Virus record (IMG/VR): IMGVR_UViG_3300035034_000207
Span: 5,879-69,878 of that record
Length of the DNA stretch: 64,000 nucleotides
Strand: one strand, 5' to 3'
Source of the DNA: a virus
In this document: positions 35,325 through 44,695 of the stretch, one piece after another
Layout of the letters: each line of letters starts with the position of its first letter
Numbering within the stretch: the stretch's first letter is position 1
Notes under the pieces: model-generated
Seen by the model: the letters and a program-made list of their open reading frames with translations, nothing else
Database searches by the model: none
What the model was told of the DNA's origin: nothing
Made by a program: the position numbers and the translations under genes

Positions 35325-37329
35325 TAAAAACATTAAGAAATTTTAAAGATTTTGTATTAATGTTTTTAATGGCTTGTTCAATTTTCTTATTTTGTAACGC
35401 ATTCGCTGATGATGGTGTTAGATACTCAGGCGAACTTGGCACGTTGCTTAAGCCTTCTTTAATCTTTGATATTTCATTCATTCGTCTAGGATCCACTATT
35501 ATATAATCGTCAAAGTGTTTATCCTTACCAATATTAACAGCACCATCATTAAAAAATTCGTGTTTTAGTTTGTTTTCATCATCGTTTAGTTTATTGGTTC
35601 TCATATACCGGTTTATATAATCAGCATTAAACGTTCCTGTAATATAAAACCCTATTAAAGAATTTAGATTATACTTTTGTTTAAAGTAACCAAACACGTC
35701 TAGGTATTGTGTTCGGTTATTTCCAAATTCAATATTTTTAAGAGTTTCTCTATCTTGTAAAATTATCCGACCACCATTGTTCTTTATGTAGTCAGACGAT
35801 CCGCCATCTGTAATAACAACCACATTATTCTTTTGTCTTCCGTGCCTCATTATAAAAGATTTGATATGATGTTCAAACGCCAACGACGCTGTTACTAAAG
35901 GAGTGCCACCGGGTGTATGAATTTGCTCCATGTCTTTGCTAAGAAGGGCAGATAGTGTTATATTAATTTTATTTCTTGTCATAGTAGAAGATACAATCTC
36001 AAATATAACAGCGCTATCACATCCACTAGTAACTAGAGCGTTTTGATGTTTTCTTTCTAAACTGCTTTTACTTGTAAAACCATAAACGCTAAACGGCATG
36101 TTTAGTCTATTGCAAAATTCTATTATTATGGTTAGTTGTTTGACTGTCTGTTTAATACAAGAAGTCATTGACCCAGACCAATCAACCAATATCATGAAGC
36201 CATGATTTTCAGCATCTGGGAACGTTTCGCTTGATAGGAACAGATCATCTCGTATTTGATATAGAGGAAGTTTTTTAGGGTTTAACTTTCCAGATATTGA
36301 TGTCTTTTTCTTTTGAAACTCGTCTGCTGATTTTTTTGAATTAAATCTAGACACCATAGAATTTAGAATGTTTTTTGTTTTCTTTCTAAATTCAAAATAC
36401 TCTTCCTGTCCGAAGAAATTTGAATTAATCTTAACTTTACTAATGACATCAGAAAACGTTGTGTTATCTATTGAGTGCATAGAAGTTTTGGATGCTGATT
36501 TTTGATCTTGTTGCATTGTTTCTTTACCAGACTCAAAGCTTTCTTGTGTAACACCAACATCATATTTAGAATCACCATCTTCAGCAGAAGTTTTATCATC
36601 GTCACCACAATCATCGCTGTTAGCAACACCATCACCATTTTGTGGTGAATCTTCTTCTCCAGCTTCTCCACTATTACCAGAAATAGAAATACCAACTTGT
36701 TTTATTTCTTGAATTTGACCATTCTTTTCCATGTGGTCCCATATTTCCTGTGCGGCGTTTACAGCATCATCAAATGTAATTTCATTCTCTACTAAATTAA
36801 CAAAGTATTCTTCTTCTTTAGAGAACGGAATATCAACACTGCCACCTATTTTAAATTCTAGATTAATACGATCAATTAATGATAGTTTACTAATATCCAA
36901 ATTGTCCTTGTGAATACCAAAGAAGTCGTATTCTTTATTGTGTATGGTTGTATAGAACTCTTTGTACTGTCTTGTTAATCCTGGAAATTTCTTCTGGATT
37001 AGTTTTTCAATTCTTGCGTCTTCTGTGATATTAACAAATGTAAAGAAATTCTTATCGAACTCTTTACATTCTTCTAGCGGTGTATGAAGAGCATGCGATA
37101 TTTCATGAGACAAAAACACGTCATACATATAACCAGTCATATCTTTTAAAACTGGAAGAGTGATAACGCGATCTGTTCCAATGTAAGCAGTTTTTGCTGA
37201 AGGATCATGAACAATCGTCATGTTTTCTTTTGCGAGTAAATTTGCAAAAACGTGTTTGTTATAAATGTTAACTTTATGTTCTTTGTTAACTTTGTTGGTG
37301 TTTATGGAAGTATTTGTATTAAAAAGCAT
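35308..37329 (-). CDS. metallopeptidase-like + VWA domain protein (CobT-like partner of the AAA ATPase)
   Basis: HEISHAL.T and N..EDARIE N-terminal motifs, acidic linker, DWSGSM MIDAS, GGTPL, ITDG. Confidence 0.88.
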   Translation of the reverse strand: MLFNTNTSINTNKVNKEHKVNIYNKHVFANLLAKENMTIVHDPSAKTAYIGTDRVITLPVLKDMTGYMYDVFLSHEISHALHTPLEECKEFDKNFFTFVNITEDARIEKLIQKKFPGLTRQYKEFYTTIHNKEYDFFGIHKDNLDISKLSLIDRINLEFKIGGSVDIPFSKEEEYFVNLVENEITFDDAVNAAQEIWDHMEKNGQIQEIKQVGISISGNSGEAGEEDSPQNGDGVANSDDCGDDDKTSAEDGDSKYDVGVTQESFESGKETMQQDQKSASKTSMHSIDNTTFSDVISKVKINSNFFGQEEYFEFRKKTKNILNSMVSRFNSKKSADEFQKKKTSISGKLNPKKLPLYQIRDDLFLSSETFPDAENHGFMILVDWSGSMTSCIKQTVKQLTIIIEFCNRLNMPFSVYGFTSKSSLERKHQNALVTSGCDSAVIFEIVSSTMTRNKINITLSALLSKDMEQIHTPGGTPLVTASLAFEHHIKSFIMRHGRQKNNVVVITDGGSSDYIKNNGGRIILQDRETLKNIEFGNNRTQYLDVFGYFKQKYNLNSLIGFYITGTFNADYINRYMRTNKLNDDENKLKHEFFNDGAVNIGKDKHFDDYIIVDPRRMNEISKIKEGLSNVPSSPEYLTPSSANALQNKKIEQAIKNINTKSLKFLNVFIDIVS

Positions 37330-37366
37330 TATATAATCCTCACAACGTATTATTTATTATATAGTA

Positions 37367-37396
37367 ATTGTATATAACATTTAGCGTCATGTAAAC
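37367..37396 (-). promoter_or_regulatory. early promoter
   Basis: GTTTACA-17 nt-TACAAT upstream of the VWA gene. Confidence 0.7.
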
Positions 37397-37752
37397 AAGT
37401 ATTTAAACAATTTTTCTGGATTTTTTCTAACGTCGTCTGGTATATCGGTTTTAAATTCTGGTTTTAACATGTTTTCTTTAATGGTCTCCCAAGATGAAAC
37501 GTTATCTGGGTTACATATAAAATATTTTCCGCGTTTTCCAGTTTTGTGATTATCAGAATTACAAACACCATACCACATAGCATGCGGCATTATTTTGGTT
37601 TTTACTAAAAGCCGATCAATATGTTCTTTTAGTTCTTTCCGCGATATAATAATACCGCTTAGTGATTTGTCTTCTTGTTTGTTAAATACGTATCTACAGA
37701 AAAACTCATAGTCTTTTCTTATTCTGTCTGTCATTTTTAATTCTGAAATCAT
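37387..37752 (-). CDS. hypothetical early protein
   Basis: 121 aa, behind TTGACA-18 nt-TATAAT at 37785-37814. Confidence 0.7.
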   Translation of the reverse strand: MISELKMTDRIRKDYEFFCRYVFNKQEDKSLSGIIISRKELKEHIDRLLVKTKIMPHAMWYGVCNSDNHKTGKRGKYFICNPDNVSSWETIKENMLKPEFKTDIPDDVRKNPEKLFKYLFT

Positions 37753-37866
37753 AATGTATCTTTCACTTTGTAACGTATATCTATATTATATAACACCATT
37801 TTAATGAATGTCAACAACTTTTAATAAATATTGTTAAATAATAATAAAAAAGAGCGGGCTTCATCA

Positions 37867-38391
37867 ATGACAACAGATCATCGCAGCGATCACCACAACA
37901 ATAACAAAATCACCACCGATGATCTTTTAACATTAATGTTAAAAAATCAACAGAATACAAATCAACTTACCGCAAAAGGTAATGGCTTAGACCCTAAAAC
38001 GATGATCACCATCGGTATCTTTCTAGTTCAGGTGTTTATTGGTCTCATAACGTGGACAATTCAAGAAAACATGAAACGATACGAAGCATACGAGCCACGT
38101 ATCAGAACACTAGAATCAAATTACATGGAGTTTAAAGGCGTTAAGGACGAGCTCAATACTCTGGCCAGAGAACTAAGAGAATTCTCATCTCGACCCAGGT
38201 TTACACTAGAAGACTTTAATTATAAGTCAAAAATATTAGAGGACTCTCTAGCCGACATTAAAGATTCTATTAAACAAAATAAAGGGCTTTACCAGAAGTC
38301 AACCGAAGACTCGCAAGTTTTGGATAGACGCATAGATACAATAGAACGCGAGCTTAAGTATCTGTCTAACAGAATAGAATCCACCAAATAG
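37867..38391 (+). CDS. single-TM, coiled-coil late protein
   Basis: Hydrophobic helix ITIGIFLVQVFIGLITW then heptad-rich region; AATAAATA at 37823. Confidence 0.65.
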   Translation: MTTDHRSDHHNNNKITTDDLLTLMLKNQQNTNQLTAKGNGLDPKTMITIGIFLVQVFIGLITWTIQENMKRYEAYEPRIRTLESNYMEFKGVKDELNTLARELREFSSRPRFTLEDFNYKSKILEDSLADIKDSIKQNKGLYQKSTEDSQVLDRRIDTIERELKYLSNRIESTK

Positions 38392-38446
38392 ACACGATAA
38401 TAAATATCTCTACAATTTGAAATATTAATAATAGAGGTATAGATAC

Positions 38447-39325
38447 ATGTCGTCTCTCAACCCAAAAGCGCTATTCAAATACGATTGGCGGCTTGAGAAA
38501 TTTCTACACAATTATAAAAATTCCAAACCATTTACAACCGTAGACGGTAATATCGCACTGCTAGAATATAGCAATGTTACTTATAATAACCTTAGCAATA
38601 GAATACCACAAAAGCTATTAGATGTAAATGGTAATCTTATATCTCTATCATCGCTTCTCAAAACTGAAGAGTTTGGCGGCAGGGGTTCTAATAATGGTTG
38701 TTATATTGAAAAGCAAACCATATTATCAATTAAGAAAAAGATAAAAGATAAAAACATCAAACGTATAAAGGTTGGTGATAATTTTTATAATATATCTGAT
38801 ATAGAAAATACCTTTGGAACTCCCAAGTCAGATTTTCATTTTACATGCGCTTCTACAAATAAACCCGTTTGTTTTATATCTCACAAAGCTGGTGATACTG
38901 TAAGGCATTTCCAACAATGGTCAGGGATGATAGATTTCCAGGAACACGAAGAGATAAGATCGTTTGTAGAAACTATTAGAGATAATGTTAATATTGTCAG
39001 GGATGATAGAATTAGACTATGGCGAAACATAGAGTGTAAAGATCTACAACAATTAGCTGTGTTTGGGAAAGATAGTGTTAAAAGTAATGAGTTTGGTATT
39101 AACAATGTAAATTGTGTTGTTCAGGGTTCTATTGATTTTAATAAGCATAAAGACGGATATCATGAGTTGACAGGATCAAATATTTTTTATAATATAGACG
39201 ATCTACCAGAAGATTATAAACCAAAGCTGTTTGTAAGATATACACGAGACAGATCTTCTTTTGGTATAGACAATGTTAGATTTATGATTCAGGGTGATAA
39301 CAATGGCAATGCAGAGCAAATATAG
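38447..39325 (+). CDS. putative PD-(D/E)XK-fold endonuclease
   Basis: KTEEFGG..E, TPKSDF, FISHK, FQQWSG pattern typical of restriction-like nuclease cores; AATAAATA at 38399. Confidence 0.55.
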   Translation: MSSLNPKALFKYDWRLEKFLHNYKNSKPFTTVDGNIALLEYSNVTYNNLSNRIPQKLLDVNGNLISLSSLLKTEEFGGRGSNNGCYIEKQTILSIKKKIKDKNIKRIKVGDNFYNISDIENTFGTPKSDFHFTCASTNKPVCFISHKAGDTVRHFQQWSGMIDFQEHEEIRSFVETIRDNVNIVRDDRIRLWRNIECKDLQQLAVFGKDSVKSNEFGINNVNCVVQGSIDFNKHKDGYHELTGSNIFYNIDDLPEDYKPKLFVRYTRDRSSFGIDNVRFMIQGDNNGNAEQI

Positions 39326-39878
39326 TTTTTTAAGTTGGAAAAAACCAGTTCATATATTTTTAGACATGGATGGTGTTGTTACTGATTTTTGTTCTTGTGC
39401 TCAAAGGATATACCCAAGATTTAACGAGATTAAAGGTTTATATCAAGATGGGTGTAATACGAAACTTCTAAAAGATTTAAGAAAAGAATTTATTGATACA
39501 CTAAAAGATGAAGATTTGTTTTGGTATAATTTAAAACCACTTCACAACACAAAGCGACTAATAAGTTTTCTATATGATAATTTTTATGGAAACATTAGTA
39601 TTATTACTGCTCCAATAGATGAAGACTATGAAAGATGTTATACACAGAAGTTTTCATGGAGTAATAAACACCTTAGTCAATTAAATATAAATTATGATAG
39701 GTTTCATGTTGAACACAATAAATATAGATTAATTGACTCCGTCAAAGCTAAAGCTCAAATACTTATTGATGACAGACCTTTAAATGTTGATGAGTGGAAC
39801 AGATATGGTGGTATTGGTATTCTACATGATGAGAACAATGTACAAAATACTATTGATCAGTTGATTGAATATATTTAA
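39303..39878 (+). CDS. HAD 5'(3')-deoxyribonucleotidase-like protein
   Basis: FLDMDGVVTDF, ITAP, K..W, LIDD...N..EW...GGIGILH. Confidence 0.85.
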   Translation: MAMQSKYSFLSWKKPVHIFLDMDGVVTDFCSCAQRIYPRFNEIKGLYQDGCNTKLLKDLRKEFIDTLKDEDLFWYNLKPLHNTKRLISFLYDNFYGNISIITAPIDEDYERCYTQKFSWSNKHLSQLNINYDRFHVEHNKYRLIDSVKAKAQILIDDRPLNVDEWNRYGGIGILHDENNVQNTIDQLIEYI

Positions 39879-39880
39879 CT

Positions 39881-39949
39881 AGTATAACAATATATAACTA
39901 ATATGTCATTGTGATACAATGATTATATACAGTTTTACCAGAATGTCAA
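39881..39949 (-). promoter_or_regulatory. two tandem sigma70-like promoters antisense to the upstream genes
   Basis: TTGACA(39944-49)-16 nt-TATAAT(39922-27) and ATGACA(39904-09)-17 nt-TATACT(39881-86). Confidence 0.45.
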
Positions 39950-39956
39950 TAGAAAA

Positions 39957-40376
39957 ATGAATAATAATTTAAAATACTCTGCATTTAACCCTGGAACCGT
40001 TACATACGTTGACTTTGATCTATCTTTCAGACAAAATCCACTAACTGACGATCTTGCTATAAGGTCAGACGAAGAAGCCATAAAACAAAGTTTAAAGAAC
40101 ATACTGTTAACACAAAGAGGCGAAAAGCCATTCCAGCCAGACTTTGGGGCTGGATTAGATTCTTTATTGTTTGAACAACTTAATAGAATAACAAAGAGTG
40201 TTGCTGAAAATAAAATATTAGCTGCGATAGAAAACGAAGAACCTCGTGTAAGAATTACTAATATAAATATAGATAGTAATTATGACAGGGGCGAATTGTC
40301 TGTAAAGATATTTTATAATATTTTAAATGTCATTTCTCCGCAAATGTTTGAAGTAATGCTTAAACGAACAAGGTAA
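39957..40376 (+). CDS. 25: baseplate wedge gp25
   Basis: D.DLSF..NPLT.D, AIKQSLKNILLT..GEKPF.P.FG, EPRV. Confidence 0.93.
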   Translation: MNNNLKYSAFNPGTVTYVDFDLSFRQNPLTDDLAIRSDEEAIKQSLKNILLTQRGEKPFQPDFGAGLDSLLFEQLNRITKSVAENKILAAIENEEPRVRITNINIDSNYDRGELSVKIFYNILNVISPQMFEVMLKRTR

Positions 40377-40385
40377 CACACTACA

Positions 40386-42218
40386 ATGACAGACCTAAAA
40401 GTATCAGAAGCAGACTTTTTTAAAGTTAGAGATAATTTTATAACATTTGCTAAAAGCAACCCGGCGTTTACTGACTATGACTTTTCGGGTTCCGCGCTAT
40501 CTGTATTGAACGATGCTTTAGCATATGTGACACACTATAATGCCGTCCACACAAATTTCGCTTTAGGCGAATCGTTTCTAGATTCTGCTGAAAAACGTTC
40601 ATCAATAACATCAAGAGCAAAAGAACTTGGTTATACGCCAAGATCAACATCAGCAGCACACGCCAGGATTCAACTTTCGTTTAATGTTTCTGGAAACCCC
40701 AGTCAGTATACAGTTCCAAAGGGAACAAGATTTACTAGTAATACAGCCGGAGAAACGTATTATTTTACTACGATAAAAGACACTTTGGTAAACAGACAAA
40801 CCGGAAACACATATATAATTGACCTTGATGTGTATGAAGGCCAATTTGTTTCGTATAGTTATACTGTTAATCTCAACAACCCCAAAACCAGATATGTTAT
40901 ACCAGCTAAGAACGTTGACACAAGGTTTTTAACCGTCAATATCAAAGATACAGCAGCATCGGAAGTTACCAACGAATATACATATATTAAAGAATTAAAC
41001 ATTGGCAGCCTAACAGGTGACACGCTTGTTTATTTTTTACAAGAATCTTACGATGAATTTTATGAAGTTTATTTTGGTGATGGTGTTGTTGGCAACTCTG
41101 TTAAAAACAATAACGTAATAAATTTAAATTATATAATATCTTCTGGCGATAAGGCCAATGGTATTAAGAAATTCAACCTAGTATCAACGTTGATAGACAC
41201 CTCTAATATTACAATTGCAACCGTCTCTGGCTCGTCTGGTGGAGCTGATAGAGAAACTAAAGAGTCTATTAAATATCTTGCACCATTCTACTACCAATCA
41301 CAAGATCGGGCTGTAACTTCGGTTGACTATAAAGCTATTATGCTTAATAACTATCCAAATATTGAAGATATACACGTTTGGGGCGGAGAAACAAATGATC
41401 CGCCTTATTATGGTAAAGTGTTCGCCGCAATAAAACCAAGGGGGTCAGACGTATTATCAAATACGACAAAAGAGATCATAAAGAACGACTTAACTAATAG
41501 ATTTTCGGTATTAACAATTCGTCCAGAGATAGTTGATCCTGATTATATAGATGTAACAGTTGATACTGTAGTGACTTATAACGCAAGACTTTTTAACAAC
41601 ACAACGTCGACCGATCTTGGTAATTCTATAAAAGATGCCATCGCTTTGTTTTTCTCAACTAACGCGTTAAAATTTACGAAGTCTGTTTATTACTCAAAAT
41701 TAGTAAAAACCATTGACAATTCGTCACAACTGGTGTTAAATAGTGTTACTAATCTATCGTTGAAAAAATCACGGACAATATACACGGGCGTATCATCTAC
41801 ATACACGTACGAGTTTAATAATGCTATACACCCTGGCTCTTTGGTGTCTAATGAGTTTATCGTGGATGGTGTTACTTATAAACTCCGTGATATTCCTGGC
41901 GGCCCGGGACCACATAACTTAGGAACCGTTGCCATATATAAAAAATCAAATACTGGATCTATAACATATTTAACTAAAAACGCTGGTTCTGTTGATTATA
42001 ATTCTGGAAAAGTTATTGTTTCTAATACTAAGATTGATTCTATTGTCGGCGATTCTATTAGAAAACTTCTTAAAATTACTATAAGCCCTGGCGCTTTTGC
42101 AAACATGGAAAACCCACAATCTGTATACACCGATTATAATGTCTATACAAACGATAGAGACCAATTAATACGTTTAGAAGAATCAAATGTTATATTAATA
42201 CCAGATGAGAGCGTGTAG
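40386..42218 (+). CDS. 6: baseplate wedge gp6
   Basis: FTDYDF.GS.LS.L.D.LAY.THYNA, ESFLDSA..RSSI...AK.LGY.PRS, QDRAVT..DY. Confidence 0.95.
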   Translation: MTDLKVSEADFFKVRDNFITFAKSNPAFTDYDFSGSALSVLNDALAYVTHYNAVHTNFALGESFLDSAEKRSSITSRAKELGYTPRSTSAAHARIQLSFNVSGNPSQYTVPKGTRFTSNTAGETYYFTTIKDTLVNRQTGNTYIIDLDVYEGQFVSYSYTVNLNNPKTRYVIPAKNVDTRFLTVNIKDTAASEVTNEYTYIKELNIGSLTGDTLVYFLQESYDEFYEVYFGDGVVGNSVKNNNVINLNYIISSGDKANGIKKFNLVSTLIDTSNITIATVSGSSGGADRETKESIKYLAPFYYQSQDRAVTSVDYKAIMLNNYPNIEDIHVWGGETNDPPYYGKVFAAIKPRGSDVLSNTTKEIIKNDLTNRFSVLTIRPEIVDPDYIDVTVDTVVTYNARLFNNTTSTDLGNSIKDAIALFFSTNALKFTKSVYYSKLVKTIDNSSQLVLNSVTNLSLKKSRTIYTGVSSTYTYEFNNAIHPGSLVSNEFIVDGVTYKLRDIPGGPGPHNLGTVAIYKKSNTGSITYLTKNAGSVDYNSGKVIVSNTKIDSIVGDSIRKLLKITISPGAFANMENPQSVYTDYNVYTNDRDQLIRLEESNVILIPDESV

Positions 42219-42224
42219 AGTAAA

Positions 42225-43802
42225 TTGTTTATAGGATCTAAAACAGAGCAAATAATTAATAGAACAATTCCTTCGTATATCAAAAGGGATCACCCTATAT
42301 TTGTGGAATTTGTTAGAACGTATTTAAATTGGTTAGAATCTGAAGAAAATACTCTTAATGTTTCAGCTAATTTTTTAAACTATCACGACGTAGACAACAC
42401 TATAGAGTCTCTTGTTAGATATTTTGAATATGAACTTATTCCAACTCTTCCGGCTGATATGCCTGTTGATAAAGCACTTTTAATAAAAAATATTAAATCA
42501 TTTTATACTATTAAAGGCACTGAGTCTTCTTACCGATTTTTGTTTAGGTTTCTATTCCAAGAAGACATTGATTTTTATTATCCAAAAGTAGACATTCTTA
42601 GGGCGTCTGACGGCAAATGGTTTGAACCAAAATCAATTAAGATATCCAAGACCCAAATAACAGACATATATTCTATTATTAATAAAGAGGTGGTCGGACT
42701 AACATCTGGTGCTGTTGCGTTAATAGAAGACGCCATTGAATATTTCGACAGAGACGAAACTATAATAGAACTGACATTATCTAATATTATTTCTTCCTTT
42801 CAATATGAAGAAAATGTACAAATAATAATAGACGATACTTTAACTGCTGTAGAAACAATATTGCCAGTAATAGGCGCTGTAACAATTATCAATGGCGGCA
42901 CTGGATATTCGGTCGGCGATTCGTTTTCTGTTAAAGATGCTACTGGTACAATAATATCATACGGTGAAGTGGCGCTTGCTGGTTCTGGCGGGATTTCAGC
43001 TTTAACAATTGACAATGGTGGGTTTCTTTATAATGGAAATCAGACTTCAGTTGAAAATTTTTTATATTTGCCAGTTGATTATACGTGGAATAATATGGAT
43101 CTTCTAAACACTCAGCTATATCCAGCCGATTCTAATTCATATGATTTTCTAAATCTGCAAATTAACGCGTTGATAGCAGAAGAGTTAATATCTAATACAG
43201 GTGACATAATACAAATAAGTCCAACCGGTGGCTCTTCTGGATCTGGGGCAGGCGGCGTGGTGTCCAAAGTTGATCAATACGGGACTATATTAGAAGTTAT
43301 ACTAACATCATTCGGTCAGAATTATCAGTCAGCGTCGGCCGCTGTTATATCTAATACGGGTCATGACGCTGATATATCCATAACAGCAGTTGGCGGGTCG
43401 ATCATTAAAGCAAAACTGGACTCCTTTCCAATAATAAAATACACTGATTATGATTCTAATAACGATTTAACTATATACCCAGACTTTAATTCGTCTGGCG
43501 ACGCTAACGCATCAGGTATAATATCAGTCGGCACTCTCATTGAATATAAAGGCCGTTATATTAATGACGATGGACATCTATCATCAACAAAAAAACTTCA
43601 AGATAACTTTTTCTATCAAGATTTCTCATACGTAATAAAATCTGGTTTATCAATAAACTCATGGGGCGATATTGTTTCTAGAATAGCGCATCCTGCAGGT
43701 CTAAAATTATTCGGTGAAGTTCAGTTTGTATCACTTATAGAAACGCAGACAGAGATATCAGATATAATAGTACAACAAACAGACATAGATTCAAACGGAT
43801 AA
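42225..43802 (+). CDS. 7: baseplate wedge gp7-like
   Basis: FY..KGT..SY.FLFR.LF, ILRASDGKW, LQDN.FYQDFSYVIK, HPAG.KLFGE. Confidence 0.85.
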   Translation: MFIGSKTEQIINRTIPSYIKRDHPIFVEFVRTYLNWLESEENTLNVSANFLNYHDVDNTIESLVRYFEYELIPTLPADMPVDKALLIKNIKSFYTIKGTESSYRFLFRFLFQEDIDFYYPKVDILRASDGKWFEPKSIKISKTQITDIYSIINKEVVGLTSGAVALIEDAIEYFDRDETIIELTLSNIISSFQYEENVQIIIDDTLTAVETILPVIGAVTIINGGTGYSVGDSFSVKDATGTIISYGEVALAGSGGISALTIDNGGFLYNGNQTSVENFLYLPVDYTWNNMDLLNTQLYPADSNSYDFLNLQINALIAEELISNTGDIIQISPTGGSSGSGAGGVVSKVDQYGTILEVILTSFGQNYQSASAAVISNTGHDADISITAVGGSIIKAKLDSFPIIKYTDYDSNNDLTIYPDFNSSGDANASGIISVGTLIEYKGRYINDDGHLSSTKKLQDNFFYQDFSYVIKSGLSINSWGDIVSRIAHPAGLKLFGEVQFVSLIETQTEISDIIVQQTDIDSNG

Positions 43803-43807
43803 ACATA

Positions 43808-44686
43808 ATGACAATTATAACAAGACCACAGTTTAAAACGCAACGTGCTATAGATTTCTGGGATTCGTTGTCTAGAGAAAACAGTCCAGAACACTTATAT
43901 AGTTTTCTTGGTAAACAAACGGCATGGGACAACGAATCTTCACCACCCCCTAGTTCTATAAACGACGAACAAGAAATTGAGACAAGAACAAACATATTCG
44001 CGCTTAAAAGAATCATACCATCTGGTATAACTTTTGTTGTTCCAAGAATAAACTGGACGACTGGTGTAACATATGCTAAGTATTTGGCGACAGACAATGA
44101 CCTCAACGAAAAAGAATTTTACGTTATAACTTCAAGTTATAGTGTATATAAATGTATTGGAAATAATAACAATTCCCCGTCTACTATACAGCCATCTGGG
44201 ACTAGCGTAATACCCATCAACACTGCCGATGGATATGTTTGGAAGTTTATGTATAATCTATCTTCTGCTGTAATTTTAAATTTTTTAACAACTTCATGGT
44301 TGCCGGTTCCATTTCTTGGTCAGAAAACAGCGTTCCAAAATGCTGTAGAGAACGCTGCAATTTATCAAAATGGTTCCCCTATTCGCGGCCATGGATATTC
44401 TGCCATTAATGAATTATTTTGCAATTCTATTATGGTAACGTCCGCGTTCTCTGGCTCTGAGAGTGCTGTGATTCCAACCGATACGTCGTACAGACAGGTT
44501 GGTTTGATTAATAATCCAACCTTACAATCATCGGGCTTACAAGCAGAGGGTACTGTTTACTCTGTCGGCGATACAAACTCTGATATAAATATAATGTCAG
44601 GTCAATTACTAGGATTTGAAAACAGCCCTCCAGTTTCAAGATCTGTTGGGCAAAACGACACAATAAAAATAGTACTATCTTTTTAG
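43808..44686 (+). CDS. 8: baseplate wedge gp8
   Basis: VVPRINW..G..Y, FYV......VYKC..N, T.DGY.WKFMY, YRQVGLI.NP. Confidence 0.9.
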   Translation: MTIITRPQFKTQRAIDFWDSLSRENSPEHLYSFLGKQTAWDNESSPPPSSINDEQEIETRTNIFALKRIIPSGITFVVPRINWTTGVTYAKYLATDNDLNEKEFYVITSSYSVYKCIGNNNNSPSTIQPSGTSVIPINTADGYVWKFMYNLSSAVILNFLTTSWLPVPFLGQKTAFQNAVENAAIYQNGSPIRGHGYSAINELFCNSIMVTSAFSGSESAVIPTDTSYRQVGLINNPTLQSSGLQAEGTVYSVGDTNSDINIMSGQLLGFENSPPVSRSVGQNDTIKIVLSF

Positions 44687-44695
44687 GAAATAAAA

